Assembly (NCBI GenBank): GCA_965277115.1
Contig: CBDIBY010000010.1
Location: forward strand, 277,136-341,135
Length of the DNA: 64,000 bases
Direction: 5' to 3'
Source: Lichenihabitans sp.
Lineage (GTDB): Bacteria > Pseudomonadota > Alphaproteobacteria > Rhizobiales > Beijerinckiaceae
The position numbers were made by a program, and so were the translations under genes. The first letter of the stretch is position 1. Each line of letters begins with the position of its first letter. Below the pieces are notes generated by a model that was not told where the DNA came from, did no database searches, and saw only the letters and a list, made by a program, of their open reading frames with translations. Below are positions 18,538-27,922 of this stretch, piece by piece.

Positions 18538-19185
18538 CTATGCCTTCGGCTGCGTCGACTCATAGACGACGACCTTCAGCGGCTTCAGATCACCGGCATT
18601 GCACGGGTTCAAATCCTGAGGGCAATTCGACAGGACGAAAAGACAGTCCATTTCCGCCCGCAGGTCGACATAGTCTCCCGGCTTTGAAACCGGCTCCGCG
18701 ATCGTCCAAGACCCATCATCCTTCACTGGGCAGTTCATGAAGAGGTTGAAGGACATCGGTACGTCCTCCCGCTTCAGGCCATATGGCTCGACCGCCGCGA
18801 CGAAGTTCTCGACGCAACCGCGATGGTTGTCGACGCCGTATCGCACCTTGTCGATCTCCGCGTTGCAAGAGCCCGCCAGGAGGTCATGACGACCGCAGGT
18901 ATCCGCGACGACCGTGAACATTGGATTTGACAGCTCTGAATATAACACATGACCTGTTGTTAGGTACACAGTGTGATTGAGCCTGATCGTGTTCGAAATC
19001 CAGAACTTTTCCGCTAAGTTGCTCGAATTGAACGCAACGATATCGCCGACCTGTCGACCCTCGAGGTCGATTATTCGAACGACTTGGCCTTTTTTGACAT
19101 CGGAAGCAAGCTTGCCTCTTGGAGGCACGACGGTCTCATCGACAATGCGACCGACGAGTTGAGGAGAATCGATAGAGGTTGGCAT
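18538..19185 (-). CDS. DUF1989 (urea-carboxylase-associated) family protein
   Basis: Internal ATG (19185) of ORF 18538..19278. The family is recognised from ...GQVVRIIDLEGRQVGDIVAFN...DTCGRHDLLAGSCN...GDYVDLRAEMDCLFVLSNCPQ. G+C is markedly low (18921-19020 hand-counted at 41%). Confidence 0.65.
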   Translation of the reverse strand: MPTSIDSPQLVGRIVDETVVPPRGKLASDVKKGQVVRIIDLEGRQVGDIVAFNSSNLAEKFWISNTIRLNHTVYLTTGHVLYSELSNPMFTVVADTCGRHDLLAGSCNAEIDKVRYGVDNHRGCVENFVAAVEPYGLKREDVPMSFNLFMNCPVKDDGSWTIAEPVSKPGDYVDLRAEMDCLFVLSNCPQDLNPCNAGDLKPLKVVVYESTQPKA

Positions 19186-19371
19186 CACACGCTCCAGGGG
19201 AAATGGAATAAACAGGCAAGAAAGTCTTGCGAACCGTGTCACGTTTCGCGGGTCTTCGCCTGCCAATCGCCGCACCATCCGGCCTTTGTCCGAGATCTAA
19301 CGCCCTACAGCATGGCGCCGAAAAGTCGGCACGGGTTTTCGGATGACATCATGCTCTAGCGTATTGAACTC

Positions 19372-19419
19372 GATCACGTTCATGATTTTGGATCGACGCG
19401 ATCCAAAATCATCGTGATC
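19372..19419 (-). terminator. Large AT-rich stem-loop 12 nt 3' of the SBP stop codon (possible intra-operon attenuator or mRNA stabiliser)
   Basis: GATCACG-ttc-ATGATTTTGGATCG-acg-CGATCCAAAATCAT-CGTGATC, giving 14 + 7 perfectly paired bp. No U-run follows, so it is not a canonical intrinsic terminator. Confidence 0.4.
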
Positions 19420-19430
19420 TAAGACACTCG

Positions 19431-20594
19431 TCACAGTCTTGACATGACCACTTTACCGTCTTCGACCTTGACCAGGTAGATGCTAGGCTTGCTTTGGCCG
19501 CTCTCTTTTCCGGCAGGACCTTCTTTGGAGAATTTTATCTCGCCGTTCATGCCCTTGATGTCAACCTTCCACAATGCCTCCGCGATAGAGGACGGGTCAG
19601 CCTTCCCGGCTTTTTCGATCGCCGCCGCTATGGTGCGTATCCCGTCGTAGCCCCTGTAGCTTTCGGTCAAGCCGGCAAACGGATAGCCCCGCTTTTTCCA
19701 TTCCCCGATAAAGTATTTCGCCGCCTCCGGATTATAGGCCTCGTCCGGGAACCACGGAAGAAACGCCACGAGATGCATGGTGTTGTTTGCCGCAGCGCCA
19801 GCCTGTTCCACCAGCTGATCGGGATTCGTGGAGCCTCCGGTGGTGATGATCTGCTTCTTGAGGCCGAGCGCCGCCGCCTCCTTGCAAATCAGGGTCAGCT
19901 GTTCGACCTCTGCGGTGACGATCAGAGTATCCGCATCGGAAGCTTTGATCTTGTCCAGTTGCGCGCCCATGTCTTGCGCGTCCTGGTCCATGGTCTCGAC
20001 CAACCCGATCTTGACACCCTGGTCTTTCAAGACCTTGCCGAAGTCAGTGGCCGCGCCGCGACCCCAATCGTTATTGATGCCCAGGAAGTCGACCTTTTTG
20101 ATGTGGAGCTTGGACACCATCGGGGCGAAGGCTTCGGCTTCCACCGACGACGGCGGCGCGATGCGGAACACGTAAGCGTTGCCGAGCTTCGTGATCTTGC
20201 CCGAAGAGGATGTTTCGACCAGCATCGGCACCTGATACTGCGTCAGCTTGGGCATCACCGCCAACGTGAGGCTGGAGCCCCACGCGCCCATCATGACCGG
20301 CACCTTGTCGCCCGTGATCAGCTTCTCCGCGACGGCGGCAGCCTCCGTAGGGTTGCTCTTGTTGTCTTCGATCACAAGATCGAGCTTGCCGCCGAGCACG
20401 CCGCCCTTGGCGTTGATTTCGTCGGCCGCGATCTTGGCGCCGTTGACCACGTAAGTGCCCGAGGCCGCGAACGGCCCGGTCAGAGGCTCGTCGACGCCGA
20501 TCTTGACATCGGCCGCCGCCGCCTTGCCGGCGACCCCCGCCGCGAGGACGAGAGCGAGAGCGGTGCGTGCGAACAGGTGATTGCGTTTGATCAT
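19431..20594 (-). CDS. Periplasmic substrate-binding protein of the LivJ/K-AmiC (type I) family
   Basis: Internal ATG (20594) with GGAGG 6 nt upstream. Signal peptide MIKRNHLFARTALALVLAAGVAGKAAAADVKIG, followed by LivK-like sequence. Confidence 0.85.
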   Translation of the reverse strand: MIKRNHLFARTALALVLAAGVAGKAAAADVKIGVDEPLTGPFAASGTYVVNGAKIAADEINAKGGVLGGKLDLVIEDNKSNPTEAAAVAEKLITGDKVPVMMGAWGSSLTLAVMPKLTQYQVPMLVETSSSGKITKLGNAYVFRIAPPSSVEAEAFAPMVSKLHIKKVDFLGINNDWGRGAATDFGKVLKDQGVKIGLVETMDQDAQDMGAQLDKIKASDADTLIVTAEVEQLTLICKEAAALGLKKQIITTGGSTNPDQLVEQAGAAANNTMHLVAFLPWFPDEAYNPEAAKYFIGEWKKRGYPFAGLTESYRGYDGIRTIAAAIEKAGKADPSSIAEALWKVDIKGMNGEIKFSKEGPAGKESGQSKPSIYLVKVEDGKVVMSRL

Positions 20595-20773
20595 GCGTTT
20601 CCTCCATGAAAGCTGGGCCTTGGGCCGGATGCGCGCTTCTGAATTCGACGCCGACATGCAGACGGAGCAGATATTTGCTGCTCCGCGTTCCCGCCTCTGC
20701 GCCGCGTCTTTGCGAGACACCAAATCAGGGAACGCGCAGTCGTCGCCGAGCGGGCGAGCTAATCCAGTTATTG

Positions 20774-20787
20774 TTCTATGTTTAGTA
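20774..20787. promoter_or_regulatory. Degenerate copy of the TACTA-N4-TAGTA operator-like palindrome, ~180 nt upstream of the SBP gene
   Basis: The + strand reads TTCTATGTTTAGTA (minus strand TACTAAACATAGAA). It matches the 29511 site at 11 of 14 positions and sits in an AT-rich patch of the 366-nt gap. Confidence 0.35.
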
Positions 20788-20960
20788 TGTTAATACAAGC
20801 GGATTTTTACGAACCCGCTCGGGACTCGCTTCGGCACCGCCCTCGTCGTCCGGGAGGTGCGCGAGAGGCCACATGTACGGGCGTCCGGACGCGGCCTCGA
20901 TGCGAACGACCTCATGGCCCCAATGGAGGCGGAACTCCGCGAACCGCGCCGCGGCCGCGC

Positions 20961-21914
20961 TCAGGCCGCTTTGAGGCGCGGGATGATGTCGCGGGCGATC
21001 GTCTCGACCTGATCCATCCTGTATTTGTAGGGAACGAAGATGATCTTCTGCACACCCATGGCCTGATGGGCCTTGAGCTGCTCGACGCACTCGTCCACCG
21101 AGCCCATGATGGCGCTTTCCCGGGTGCAATCGCTGTAAGCCGGGAAATCCCATTCCTTGTTGAGCCAGTCCATCATCTCGTCGCGCACGGCATCCTTCGA
21201 CGGCCCGACCATGATCGGCAGCTGCGAGCCGTTCATCAGCTTGTCCGGATCCTTGCCGGCATCGACCGCGTAGCTGCGGATCTTCTGCCAGGATTTGGCG
21301 AAGTCCTCCGCGCGATAGAAATAGGTGAGCCATCCGCCGACCGTCGCGGCACGTTGCAGCACCTTGTCGACATAGCCGCCGATCAGGATCGGGATGGCGG
21401 GCTCCTGGACCGGCTTCGGATACATGACGGCGGCGGACAATTTGTGGTTCATGTATTCGCCGTCGACCTTCTTCTCGGTCCACAGGCGGTTCAAGATCTC
21501 GAGGTTCTCGTCCATGATCTTGCCGCGTTTGTCGAACGGGATGCCTGCCGCGTCGAACTCGCGCTTGTACCAGCCGGATGCCATGCCCATCAGCATCCGG
21601 CCGTCCGACAGCTGGTCCATGCTGGAGAGTTGCTTGGCGAGCAGCACCGGATTGCGCAGCGTCAGCACCAGAATGCCGGTGCCGAGTTTGATGCGCCTGG
21701 TCCGTGCCGCGATGGCGGTCAGGATCGTGAGCGAATCGATGATCGGGAAATTGGGCTCGACGCCGAGCAGCATGTGGTCCCAGACCCAGACCGAATCGTA
21801 GCCGAGCTCTTCGACCCGCACGCCATACTCGACGAGCCCCTTGGCATCCGGCATCTCCGGAAAGGCGGTGAAATTGCGAGCCGCGATTCCGAATGTCTTG
21901 GTGAGCATCGTCAT
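20961..21914 (-). CDS. Luciferase-like monooxygenase (LLM) class flavin/F420-dependent oxidoreductase
   Basis: TIM-barrel LLM signature: VEELGYDSVWVWDHML, RIKLGTGILVLTLRNPVLLAKQLSSMDQLSDGR. Start ATG at 21914 has GGAGGA 5 nt upstream. F420 dependence is inferred from context only. Confidence 0.75.
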   Translation of the reverse strand: MTMLTKTFGIAARNFTAFPEMPDAKGLVEYGVRVEELGYDSVWVWDHMLLGVEPNFPIIDSLTILTAIAARTRRIKLGTGILVLTLRNPVLLAKQLSSMDQLSDGRMLMGMASGWYKREFDAAGIPFDKRGKIMDENLEILNRLWTEKKVDGEYMNHKLSAAVMYPKPVQEPAIPILIGGYVDKVLQRAATVGGWLTYFYRAEDFAKSWQKIRSYAVDAGKDPDKLMNGSQLPIMVGPSKDAVRDEMMDWLNKEWDFPAYSDCTRESAIMGSVDECVEQLKAHQAMGVQKIIFVPYKYRMDQVETIARDIIPRLKAA

Positions 21915-21936
21915 GGATTTCCTCCGCACGGCTGTT

Positions 21937-22707
21937 TCAGGCCGTGAATAGCTTTTGCGGATCGAGCAGTCTGAGCGTGGCGAGTTCCTGCTGTGTCGGC
22001 GGCTCCGTCACCGACACGTCGTCGTCGAACAGAAGCTCGAAGCCGGTATTGTCCTGAACCTGGTCACGGGTGACGCCCGGGTTCAGCGCCATGACCTTCA
22101 TCCGCCGAAGCTCGTCCTCGAAGGAGAAGACGGCGAGTTCGGTCACGACCCTGAACATGCCGCCGGAGGGCAGACCGGCCTCGGCCCGGCTCTCGCGGCC
22201 GTGCAGGAATCCGGGGCTCGTGACGAAATCGACCTTTTCGACGAAGCGGCGCTTCTCGTGTTTCATCGCCACGATCATGCTGGCGAGGCTCGATATGTCG
22301 TTGCCCCCGCCGGTGCCGGGCAGCCGGGTTTTGGGATTTTCGGGGTCGCCGATGAAGGATGAATTCAGGTTGCCATATCGGTCGATCTGGGCGCCGCCCA
22401 TGAAGCCGACGTCGACGTAGCCGCGCTGAAGCAGAAGCAGCACGTCGGCGCTGCCGAGCACCATATTGGCCCGCTTGGTGCAGCGCTGATCGTTGGTGGA
22501 GGGGGGAAGCTTGCCGGGCTCGACGAATGCGCCCACCACGCCCCCCTCGAACAGAATGGTCAGCCCGGGGCAGCGAAGCCGCTGCGCCAGCGTCGCGGCG
22601 AGGAGCGGAACGCCCACGCCGGCGAACACCACCTGGCCGTCGCGGAGCTGCCTTGCGCTGAGGACGGCCAGAAGTTCGGAGGTCGTGTGGCAAGCAGCCT
22701 CAGTCAT
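21937..22707 (-). CDS. Class I CoA-transferase, subunit B (glutaconate/3-oxoacid CoA-transferase type)
   Basis: Internal ATG (22707) overlaps the subunit A stop by 8 nt. Subunit-B-like sequence VFAGVGVPLLAATLAQ...LPGTGGGNDI. Confidence 0.85.
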   Translation of the reverse strand: MTEAACHTTSELLAVLSARQLRDGQVVFAGVGVPLLAATLAQRLRCPGLTILFEGGVVGAFVEPGKLPPSTNDQRCTKRANMVLGSADVLLLLQRGYVDVGFMGGAQIDRYGNLNSSFIGDPENPKTRLPGTGGGNDISSLASMIVAMKHEKRRFVEKVDFVTSPGFLHGRESRAEAGLPSGGMFRVVTELAVFSFEDELRRMKVMALNPGVTRDQVQDNTGFELLFDDDVSVTEPPTQQELATLRLLDPQKLFTA

Positions 22708-23671
22708 TGTAGATGCTCCTGCCCCGCTGGCTGGCTTCGAGAAGCTCCTCCATGCCGATGAGCGACAGATAGTCGGCCCAGGATTTCGGCCCGTGGACGT
22801 AGCGTTCCAGATAGCGCCGCATTCCGTCGACCGGCTCCTTGTTGACCTGCGCCACATAGGCCTCCATGTGCCGCATCATGGGTTCGTAGAGGCCGAAACA
22901 TTCATGGGGCGCCGACCCGTAGGGCACCTCGACCACGGCATCGACGCAAAAGAACGGGATCTTGGTCTGATCGGGCGCCCGGCGGATCTGATCGTTGGAT
23001 ACGATACGTTCCGTCGTGAGGATCACCCGGTTCGCGGCCATCGCAAGATCGATGTCCATGAACTGCAGGCCGTCCATCTGGGCGTTGCCGTAGGCGTCGC
23101 AGCGCTGCACGTGGATCAGCGCGACATCGGGATTGAGCGCCGGGACGAGCAGCAGCGTTTCGCCCGTGAACGGGCATGTGATCTGCTTGGCCTCGGGCCG
23201 GATCCGGGCGACATCGGAGCCGAGCATCGAGCGGATCGGCAAGAACGGAATGCCCATGGCCCCGGCCCGAAACCGCATGCCCATCGCCATGTGGCTCCAT
23301 TCGTCATAACGGGCCGCGCCCGCCTCGACGTGATGCCGCATGACCTTGGACAGGCCCCAGAGAATGCCCTGGGCGAACCAGCTCGTCGCGATGTGCTTCG
23401 AAATGCCGGAACCGAACAGCAGGTCGCCGTCGGTCGAAACGATGCTGCGGGAGCATGACAGGTCCTTTTTCCCGCTGCGGATGAGCTGCCAGATCATGGC
23501 CATCGGGGTGCGCGACATGGTCGAACCGCCGATGCCGACGCTCGCGCCGTCCTGCACGAAAGAGGCGGCCTCCTCCAGGCTCACGACCTTCTCGCGCAAA
23601 CTCCTGTCGCGCCGCGCCAGACTGTCCCGTAACCGCGCATAGGGCTGAACGCCGCCTCGATCCACTTCCAC
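22700..23671 (-). CDS. Class I CoA-transferase, subunit A
   Basis: GctA-like KVVSLEEAASFVQDGASVGIGG. Start chosen at GTG 23671 because CGGAGGAATAGG lies immediately upstream. The longest ORF ATG (23758) has no SD and sits inside the palindrome. Confidence 0.8.
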   Translation of the reverse strand: MEVDRGGVQPYARLRDSLARRDRSLREKVVSLEEAASFVQDGASVGIGGSTMSRTPMAMIWQLIRSGKKDLSCSRSIVSTDGDLLFGSGISKHIATSWFAQGILWGLSKVMRHHVEAGAARYDEWSHMAMGMRFRAGAMGIPFLPIRSMLGSDVARIRPEAKQITCPFTGETLLLVPALNPDVALIHVQRCDAYGNAQMDGLQFMDIDLAMAANRVILTTERIVSNDQIRRAPDQTKIPFFCVDAVVEVPYGSAPHECFGLYEPMMRHMEAYVAQVNKEPVDGMRRYLERYVHGPKSWADYLSLIGMEELLEASQRGRSIYND

Positions 23672-23757
23672 CCTATTCCTCCGGTCGATCCTGTCGAACG
23701 TTCGATTCCCCAGGCGCGGACCCGCTTCGGACGAGCTTCGCGACGCATTGTAATTCA

Positions 23758-23771
23758 TACTATTATTAGTA
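23758..23771. promoter_or_regulatory. Operator-like palindrome TACTA-TTAT-TAGTA upstream of the CoA-transferase/LLM genes
   Basis: Read directly from the sequence. The surrounding minus-strand context GATATCCTATTGTACTAATAATAGTATGAATT resembles the context of the 29511 site. Confidence 0.45.
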
Positions 23772-23806
23772 CAATAGGATATCTCGATTTCGTCGAATTT
23801 TTCTTA

Positions 23807-26227
23807 TCAGCCCGCCCGGCCGGTGGCAGGGGTGGACGACGGCGCCCACTCGCGGCTCACGGCTGTGAAGGATCGCTCCCGCTGCCGCTCGGGCGCGTCC
23901 GCGTAGGTCGTCGTGCGTTGCCGTGGCGTGCGTCCGGCCGCGCGGATGATCGCCTCCATGGTCTGTGGCACCATTTCCTGGCCGTGGCTGGCGCCGGCGG
24001 CGCGGGAGATGCTTTCGTCCATCAACGTCCCGCCGAGGTCGTTGACGCCGGCCGCGAGGCACAGCCTGAGGCCCTGCGGACCGAGCTTCACCCAGGAGGC
24101 CTGGATGTTGCGGATATGCGGATGCAGGGCGAGGCGCGCCACGGCGTGCATAAGGATTGCCTCGCGGAAGGTGGGGCCGCGCCGCGCCCGCCCTTTAAGA
24201 TAGATCGGCGCCTCCATGTGGACGAAAGGCAGGGGCACGAATTCCGTGAACCCACCCGTCTCGGCCTGCAGGTCCCGGACGCGCATGAGATGCCGGGCCC
24301 AGTGCTCGTAGCGCTCGATATGGCCGAACATGATCGTGGCGGTGGTGCGAAAGCCGATGCGATGCGCCGTGCGCATGACATCGAGCCACTCGGCCGTCGA
24401 GATCTTGTCGGCGCAGAGCGTGGCCCGGACCTCATCGTCGAGAATCTCGGCCGCGGTTCCGGGCAGCGTGCCGAGACCGGCCCGCTTGAGGTCGACGAGA
24501 AAATCGGCGACCGGAATCCCGAGGGTCTTGGCACCCTGATACACTTCGAGCGGCGAGAAGGCGTGAATGTGAATGTCGGGCACGGCCGTCTTCACCGTCC
24601 CGCAGATCTCCAGATATTTTCGGCCCGTGTAGGACGGATGGATGCCGCCCTGCATGCAGACCTCGGTGGCGCCCCGCGCCCAGGCCTGGCCGACGCGATC
24701 GGCGATCTCCTGGTCCGGCAGGTCATAGGGCCGACCGCGCAGGTTCTCGCTCAGCTTGCCTTTGGAGAAGGCGCAGAACTGGCACTTGAAGTAGCAGACG
24801 TTGGTGTAGTTGATGTTGCGGGTGACGACATAGCTGACCGTATCGCCGCTGACGGCCCGGCGCAGGTCGTCGGCGGCCCGGCAAACGGCGGAAAAATCGT
24901 CGCCGCGCGCCCGGAACAGGGTCACGATGTCGGCCTCTTGGAGGGTGGTGCCGCGCTGCGCTTCGGCAAGCACGCGCGCGAGCCGGCCCGTGACGGATTT
25001 GCCGGGCGTCTTTCTCACCTGGGCGACGTCGGGCGCCGGTGGGGCGGCCGTGCTGCCGGGGCACCAATCCTCCAGGCGGGGGGCGCCATCCCCGTCGGTG
25101 CCGTCGAGCAGGGCGGTCCGCAGGCTCGCATCGACCCAGCGCGACGGATGGCGGGCAAATTCGGGGTAGATCGCCAGCCGTTCGACGAGGTCCTTGCCGG
25201 CTGCCCGGGTGGCGGCTTCGAGGACGCGCAGATGCGGCCAGGGCGCCTCCGGATTGACGTGATCGGGGGTGATCGGGGAGACGCCGCCCCAATCGTTGAT
25301 GCCTGCGCTCACCAGCCGCCCGAGGCCTTCGGGCGAAAGATTGGGCGGTGCCTGAATGTTCATCTCGGGCTCGAACAGCAGCCGCGCCACCGCGATGGTC
25401 CAGGCATGGTCCTCGAGGCTCGGCGGCGCCACGGCCTCCATCCGGGTTCCGGGCTTCGGCCGGAAGTTCTGGACGATGATCTCCTGGATATGGCCATAGG
25501 CGTCGTTGAGGTCGCGCAGCGCGAGAAGCGACAGGATCCGTTCGGCCCTGGTTTCTCCGATGCCGATCAGGATGCCGGAGGTGAACGGCACCGCCTGCTC
25601 GCCCGCCAGGCGGATCGTCTCCAGGCGCGCTGCGGGATGCTTGTCGGGCGAGCCGTGATGCGGGGCGCCTTTTTCGAGCAACCGCTCGGATATGCTTTCC
25701 AGCATGATTCCCTGCGACACGGATGCGCGCCGCAAAGCGGCCACGTCCGCGGCCGTCATCAGGCCGGGATTGACATGCGGCAGCAGCCCGGTTTCGCGAA
25801 AGACCAGCTCCGCCGCCGCCGCAAGATAGGACAGCGTCGTCGGATGGCCGAGACGATCCAATTCCGCGCGGACCGAGCGATAGCGCAGCTCCGGCTTGTC
25901 CCCGAGCGTGAACAGCGCTTCCTTGCAGCCGGCCTCCTGCCCGGCGCGGGCGATCGCCAACACCTCCTCGAGCGGCAGATAGGCGCGTTCGCCGGGGCGC
26001 GGCGGATGCGCGAAAGTGCAGTAGTGGCAGACGTCGCGGCAGAGCTGAGTGAGCGGGATGAATACCTTGCGCGAGTAGGAGATATGCTGGCCGTGGGCGT
26101 GATCGCGCCGGCAGGCGGCCGCGTCCAGCAACGGCGCCATATCGGCGATGTCGACGAGCGCAAGGGCTTCGGGGGCCGTGAGGCGTCGATCGGCCGGGAG
26201 GGTCTGGATCAGGGCTGCGACACTCAT
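23807..26227 (-). CDS. fbiC: FO synthase, fused CofG/CofH (FbiC): 7,8-didemethyl-8-hydroxy-5-deazariboflavin synthase
   Basis: 806 aa with two radical-SAM CxxxCxxC motifs (CRDVCHYC and CYFKCQFC) in two homologous halves, as in FbiC. Confidence 0.93.
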   Translation of the reverse strand: MSVAALIQTLPADRRLTAPEALALVDIADMAPLLDAAACRRDHAHGQHISYSRKVFIPLTQLCRDVCHYCTFAHPPRPGERAYLPLEEVLAIARAGQEAGCKEALFTLGDKPELRYRSVRAELDRLGHPTTLSYLAAAAELVFRETGLLPHVNPGLMTAADVAALRRASVSQGIMLESISERLLEKGAPHHGSPDKHPAARLETIRLAGEQAVPFTSGILIGIGETRAERILSLLALRDLNDAYGHIQEIIVQNFRPKPGTRMEAVAPPSLEDHAWTIAVARLLFEPEMNIQAPPNLSPEGLGRLVSAGINDWGGVSPITPDHVNPEAPWPHLRVLEAATRAAGKDLVERLAIYPEFARHPSRWVDASLRTALLDGTDGDGAPRLEDWCPGSTAAPPAPDVAQVRKTPGKSVTGRLARVLAEAQRGTTLQEADIVTLFRARGDDFSAVCRAADDLRRAVSGDTVSYVVTRNINYTNVCYFKCQFCAFSKGKLSENLRGRPYDLPDQEIADRVGQAWARGATEVCMQGGIHPSYTGRKYLEICGTVKTAVPDIHIHAFSPLEVYQGAKTLGIPVADFLVDLKRAGLGTLPGTAAEILDDEVRATLCADKISTAEWLDVMRTAHRIGFRTTATIMFGHIERYEHWARHLMRVRDLQAETGGFTEFVPLPFVHMEAPIYLKGRARRGPTFREAILMHAVARLALHPHIRNIQASWVKLGPQGLRLCLAAGVNDLGGTLMDESISRAAGASHGQEMVPQTMEAIIRAAGRTPRQRTTTYADAPERQRERSFTAVSREWAPSSTPATGRAG

Positions 26228-26228
26228 G

Positions 26229-26933
26229 TCAGTTCGGGCCTCCCGAGCGAATCAGTGCGGGGCGGCCCAGCCGGGTCGCCACATCGAAGTCACGGAGAAG
26301 GGCACGCGTTCGCGTCGGCGCGCTTCGCGCCAGCTGAACCAGGAGGTCGCGCGGATGATCGACATCATGCCCGATGCCGTCCAGCCTGAGAACGACCGGA
26401 TCGATCCCCCGCGCGCGCGCGGCCGCGACATGCCTGGCGAAGCTGTCGTCACCGAAACACGGATCGACGAGGCCGGGCGGCGCCACGGCGATGAGATTGG
26501 TGCCGCCGTCTCCGGAGGCCGGGACAAGGACGATCCTTCCGGCGGCGAGCGCGGCGAGGACCGCTCGCAGTTCATCGGCGGTCGCGAGCGGCACGTCGGC
26601 CGGCAGAATCACGGCCCCTCCCCTGCCCTCCGCCACGAGCAGGTTTGCGGCTTGGGCCACGGCCGCGTTGATCCCCGCCTCGGAGGCATCGCGGAGGACC
26701 CCGGCGCCCTGAGCCGCGGCAAGCCGCGCCACATCGGGATCGGCCGTGACGACCAGGATCGCCGAGATCGCCTCGACGCCCCGCACGGCATCAAAGACAT
26801 CGAGGAGCATCGCCCTGGCAAGACGCCTCCGCTCCGGCGACGTCAGCACGCAACCAAGCCGGCTCTTGGCCAAGGCGAGGCGCTTGACGGGAAGCACGGC
26901 CCATATATCTGGACATGCGGTCTGCCGGATCAT
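26229..26933 (-). CDS. cofC: CofC/FbiD-type guanylyltransferase (2-phospho-L-lactate / PEP / 3-PG guanylyltransferase)
   Basis: Internal ATG (26933) in ATGA overlap with the cofD stop. Motifs AVLPVKRLALAKSRLG and GGTNLI are typical of CofC. Confidence 0.85.
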   Translation of the reverse strand: MIRQTACPDIWAVLPVKRLALAKSRLGCVLTSPERRRLARAMLLDVFDAVRGVEAISAILVVTADPDVARLAAAQGAGVLRDASEAGINAAVAQAANLLVAEGRGGAVILPADVPLATADELRAVLAALAAGRIVLVPASGDGGTNLIAVAPPGLVDPCFGDDSFARHVAAARARGIDPVVLRLDGIGHDVDHPRDLLVQLARSAPTRTRALLRDFDVATRLGRPALIRSGGPN

Positions 26934-27922
26934 GCGCGGCGGCCTGCCCGCCTGGCAGCGCCGGCGTCGCGAAGGCGATCCGCGAACCACAACGTCTGGC
27001 GGGCGAGCGCCTCGCGGTCCGCCATGTCGCGCATGAGGATCCCGGTGGCGAAGGACGCGACGCCCGGATCGTCCAGGCCGTCCGCGTCGGCAGTGTCGAT
27101 CACCAGGCCGTCGATCAGGCCCTCATAGTGCTTCGCGATGGCCCTGGAGGTCGCCGGAACGCCGAGTTCGGCCATGATCTTCGCGGTCGGCCCTTTGACA
27201 GCCTTGCCGCCGATGATGGGCGATACCGCGACGACGGGCGCCGCCACCGCGGCAAGCGCTCGCGACAGGTCTGGAACCGCGAGGATCGGATCGACGCTGA
27301 GGTATGGGTTCGAAGGGCAGACCACGACGGCCCGCAACGACGGATCGGACAAAGCGGCCAGGACGGCCTGAGACGGTCGGGCCGCCGCGGCGCCTTCGAA
27401 CGCGAGGGCGCGAACCGCCGGTTCGCACCGATGTTCCACGAAATAGCGCTGAAACGGCAATGATCCGCGATCGGTCACGACCATGGTGCGCACGGGATCG
27501 TCGCTCATCGGCAGAATCCTGGCCCGGATCCCGAAGCGGCTGGCGACCGAAGCTACAACCTCGGTCAGCGTTTCGCCCGCGCGGAGCCGGCGCGTCCGCT
27601 CGACATGGAGCGCGAGGTCACGGTCACCGAGCCGGAACCATGTCTCGCCGCCCATGCTCGCGAGAGCGTCCATGAAAGCCCAGGACTCTCCGGCCCGGCC
27701 CCAGCCGCGCTCCTCGTCGCTCAGGCCGCCGAGCGTGTAGAGGACCGTGTCGATATCGGGCGAGATCATCAGCCCGAGATGCTCGAAGTCGTCGCCCGTA
27801 TTGACCACGACGCCAAGGTCCGGCCCGAGCACACGCTCGAGGCCCAGGGCGAGCTTGGCGCCGCCCACGCCGCCGCAGATCGCCACGACCGGACCTTGCG
27901 CGGCCGTTCTGTCCTCGGTCAT
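26930..27922 (-). CDS. cofD: 2-phospho-L-lactate transferase (CofD/FbiA)
   Basis: Internal ATG (27922) in ATGA overlap with the cofE stop. Motifs ICGGVGGAKLALGL, NTGDDFEHLGLMISPDIDTVLYTL and CPSNPYLSVDPIL. Confidence 0.9.
   Translation of the reverse strand: MTEDRTAAQGPVVAICGGVGGAKLALGLERVLGPDLGVVVNTGDDFEHLGLMISPDIDTVLYTLGGLSDEERGWGRAGESWAFMDALASMGGETWFRLGDRDLALHVERTRRLRAGETLTEVVASVASRFGIRARILPMSDDPVRTMVVTDRGSLPFQRYFVEHRCEPAVRALAFEGAAAARPSQAVLAALSDPSLRAVVVCPSNPYLSVDPILAVPDLSRALAAVAAPVVAVSPIIGGKAVKGPTAKIMAELGVPATSRAIAKHYEGLIDGLVIDTADADGLDDPGVASFATGILMRDMADREALARQTLWFADRLRDAGAARRAGRRA

Noticed and set aside
23918-26389. 823-aa + strand ORF
   Set aside because: It is antisense to fbiC, whose two radical-SAM motifs identify the true frame.
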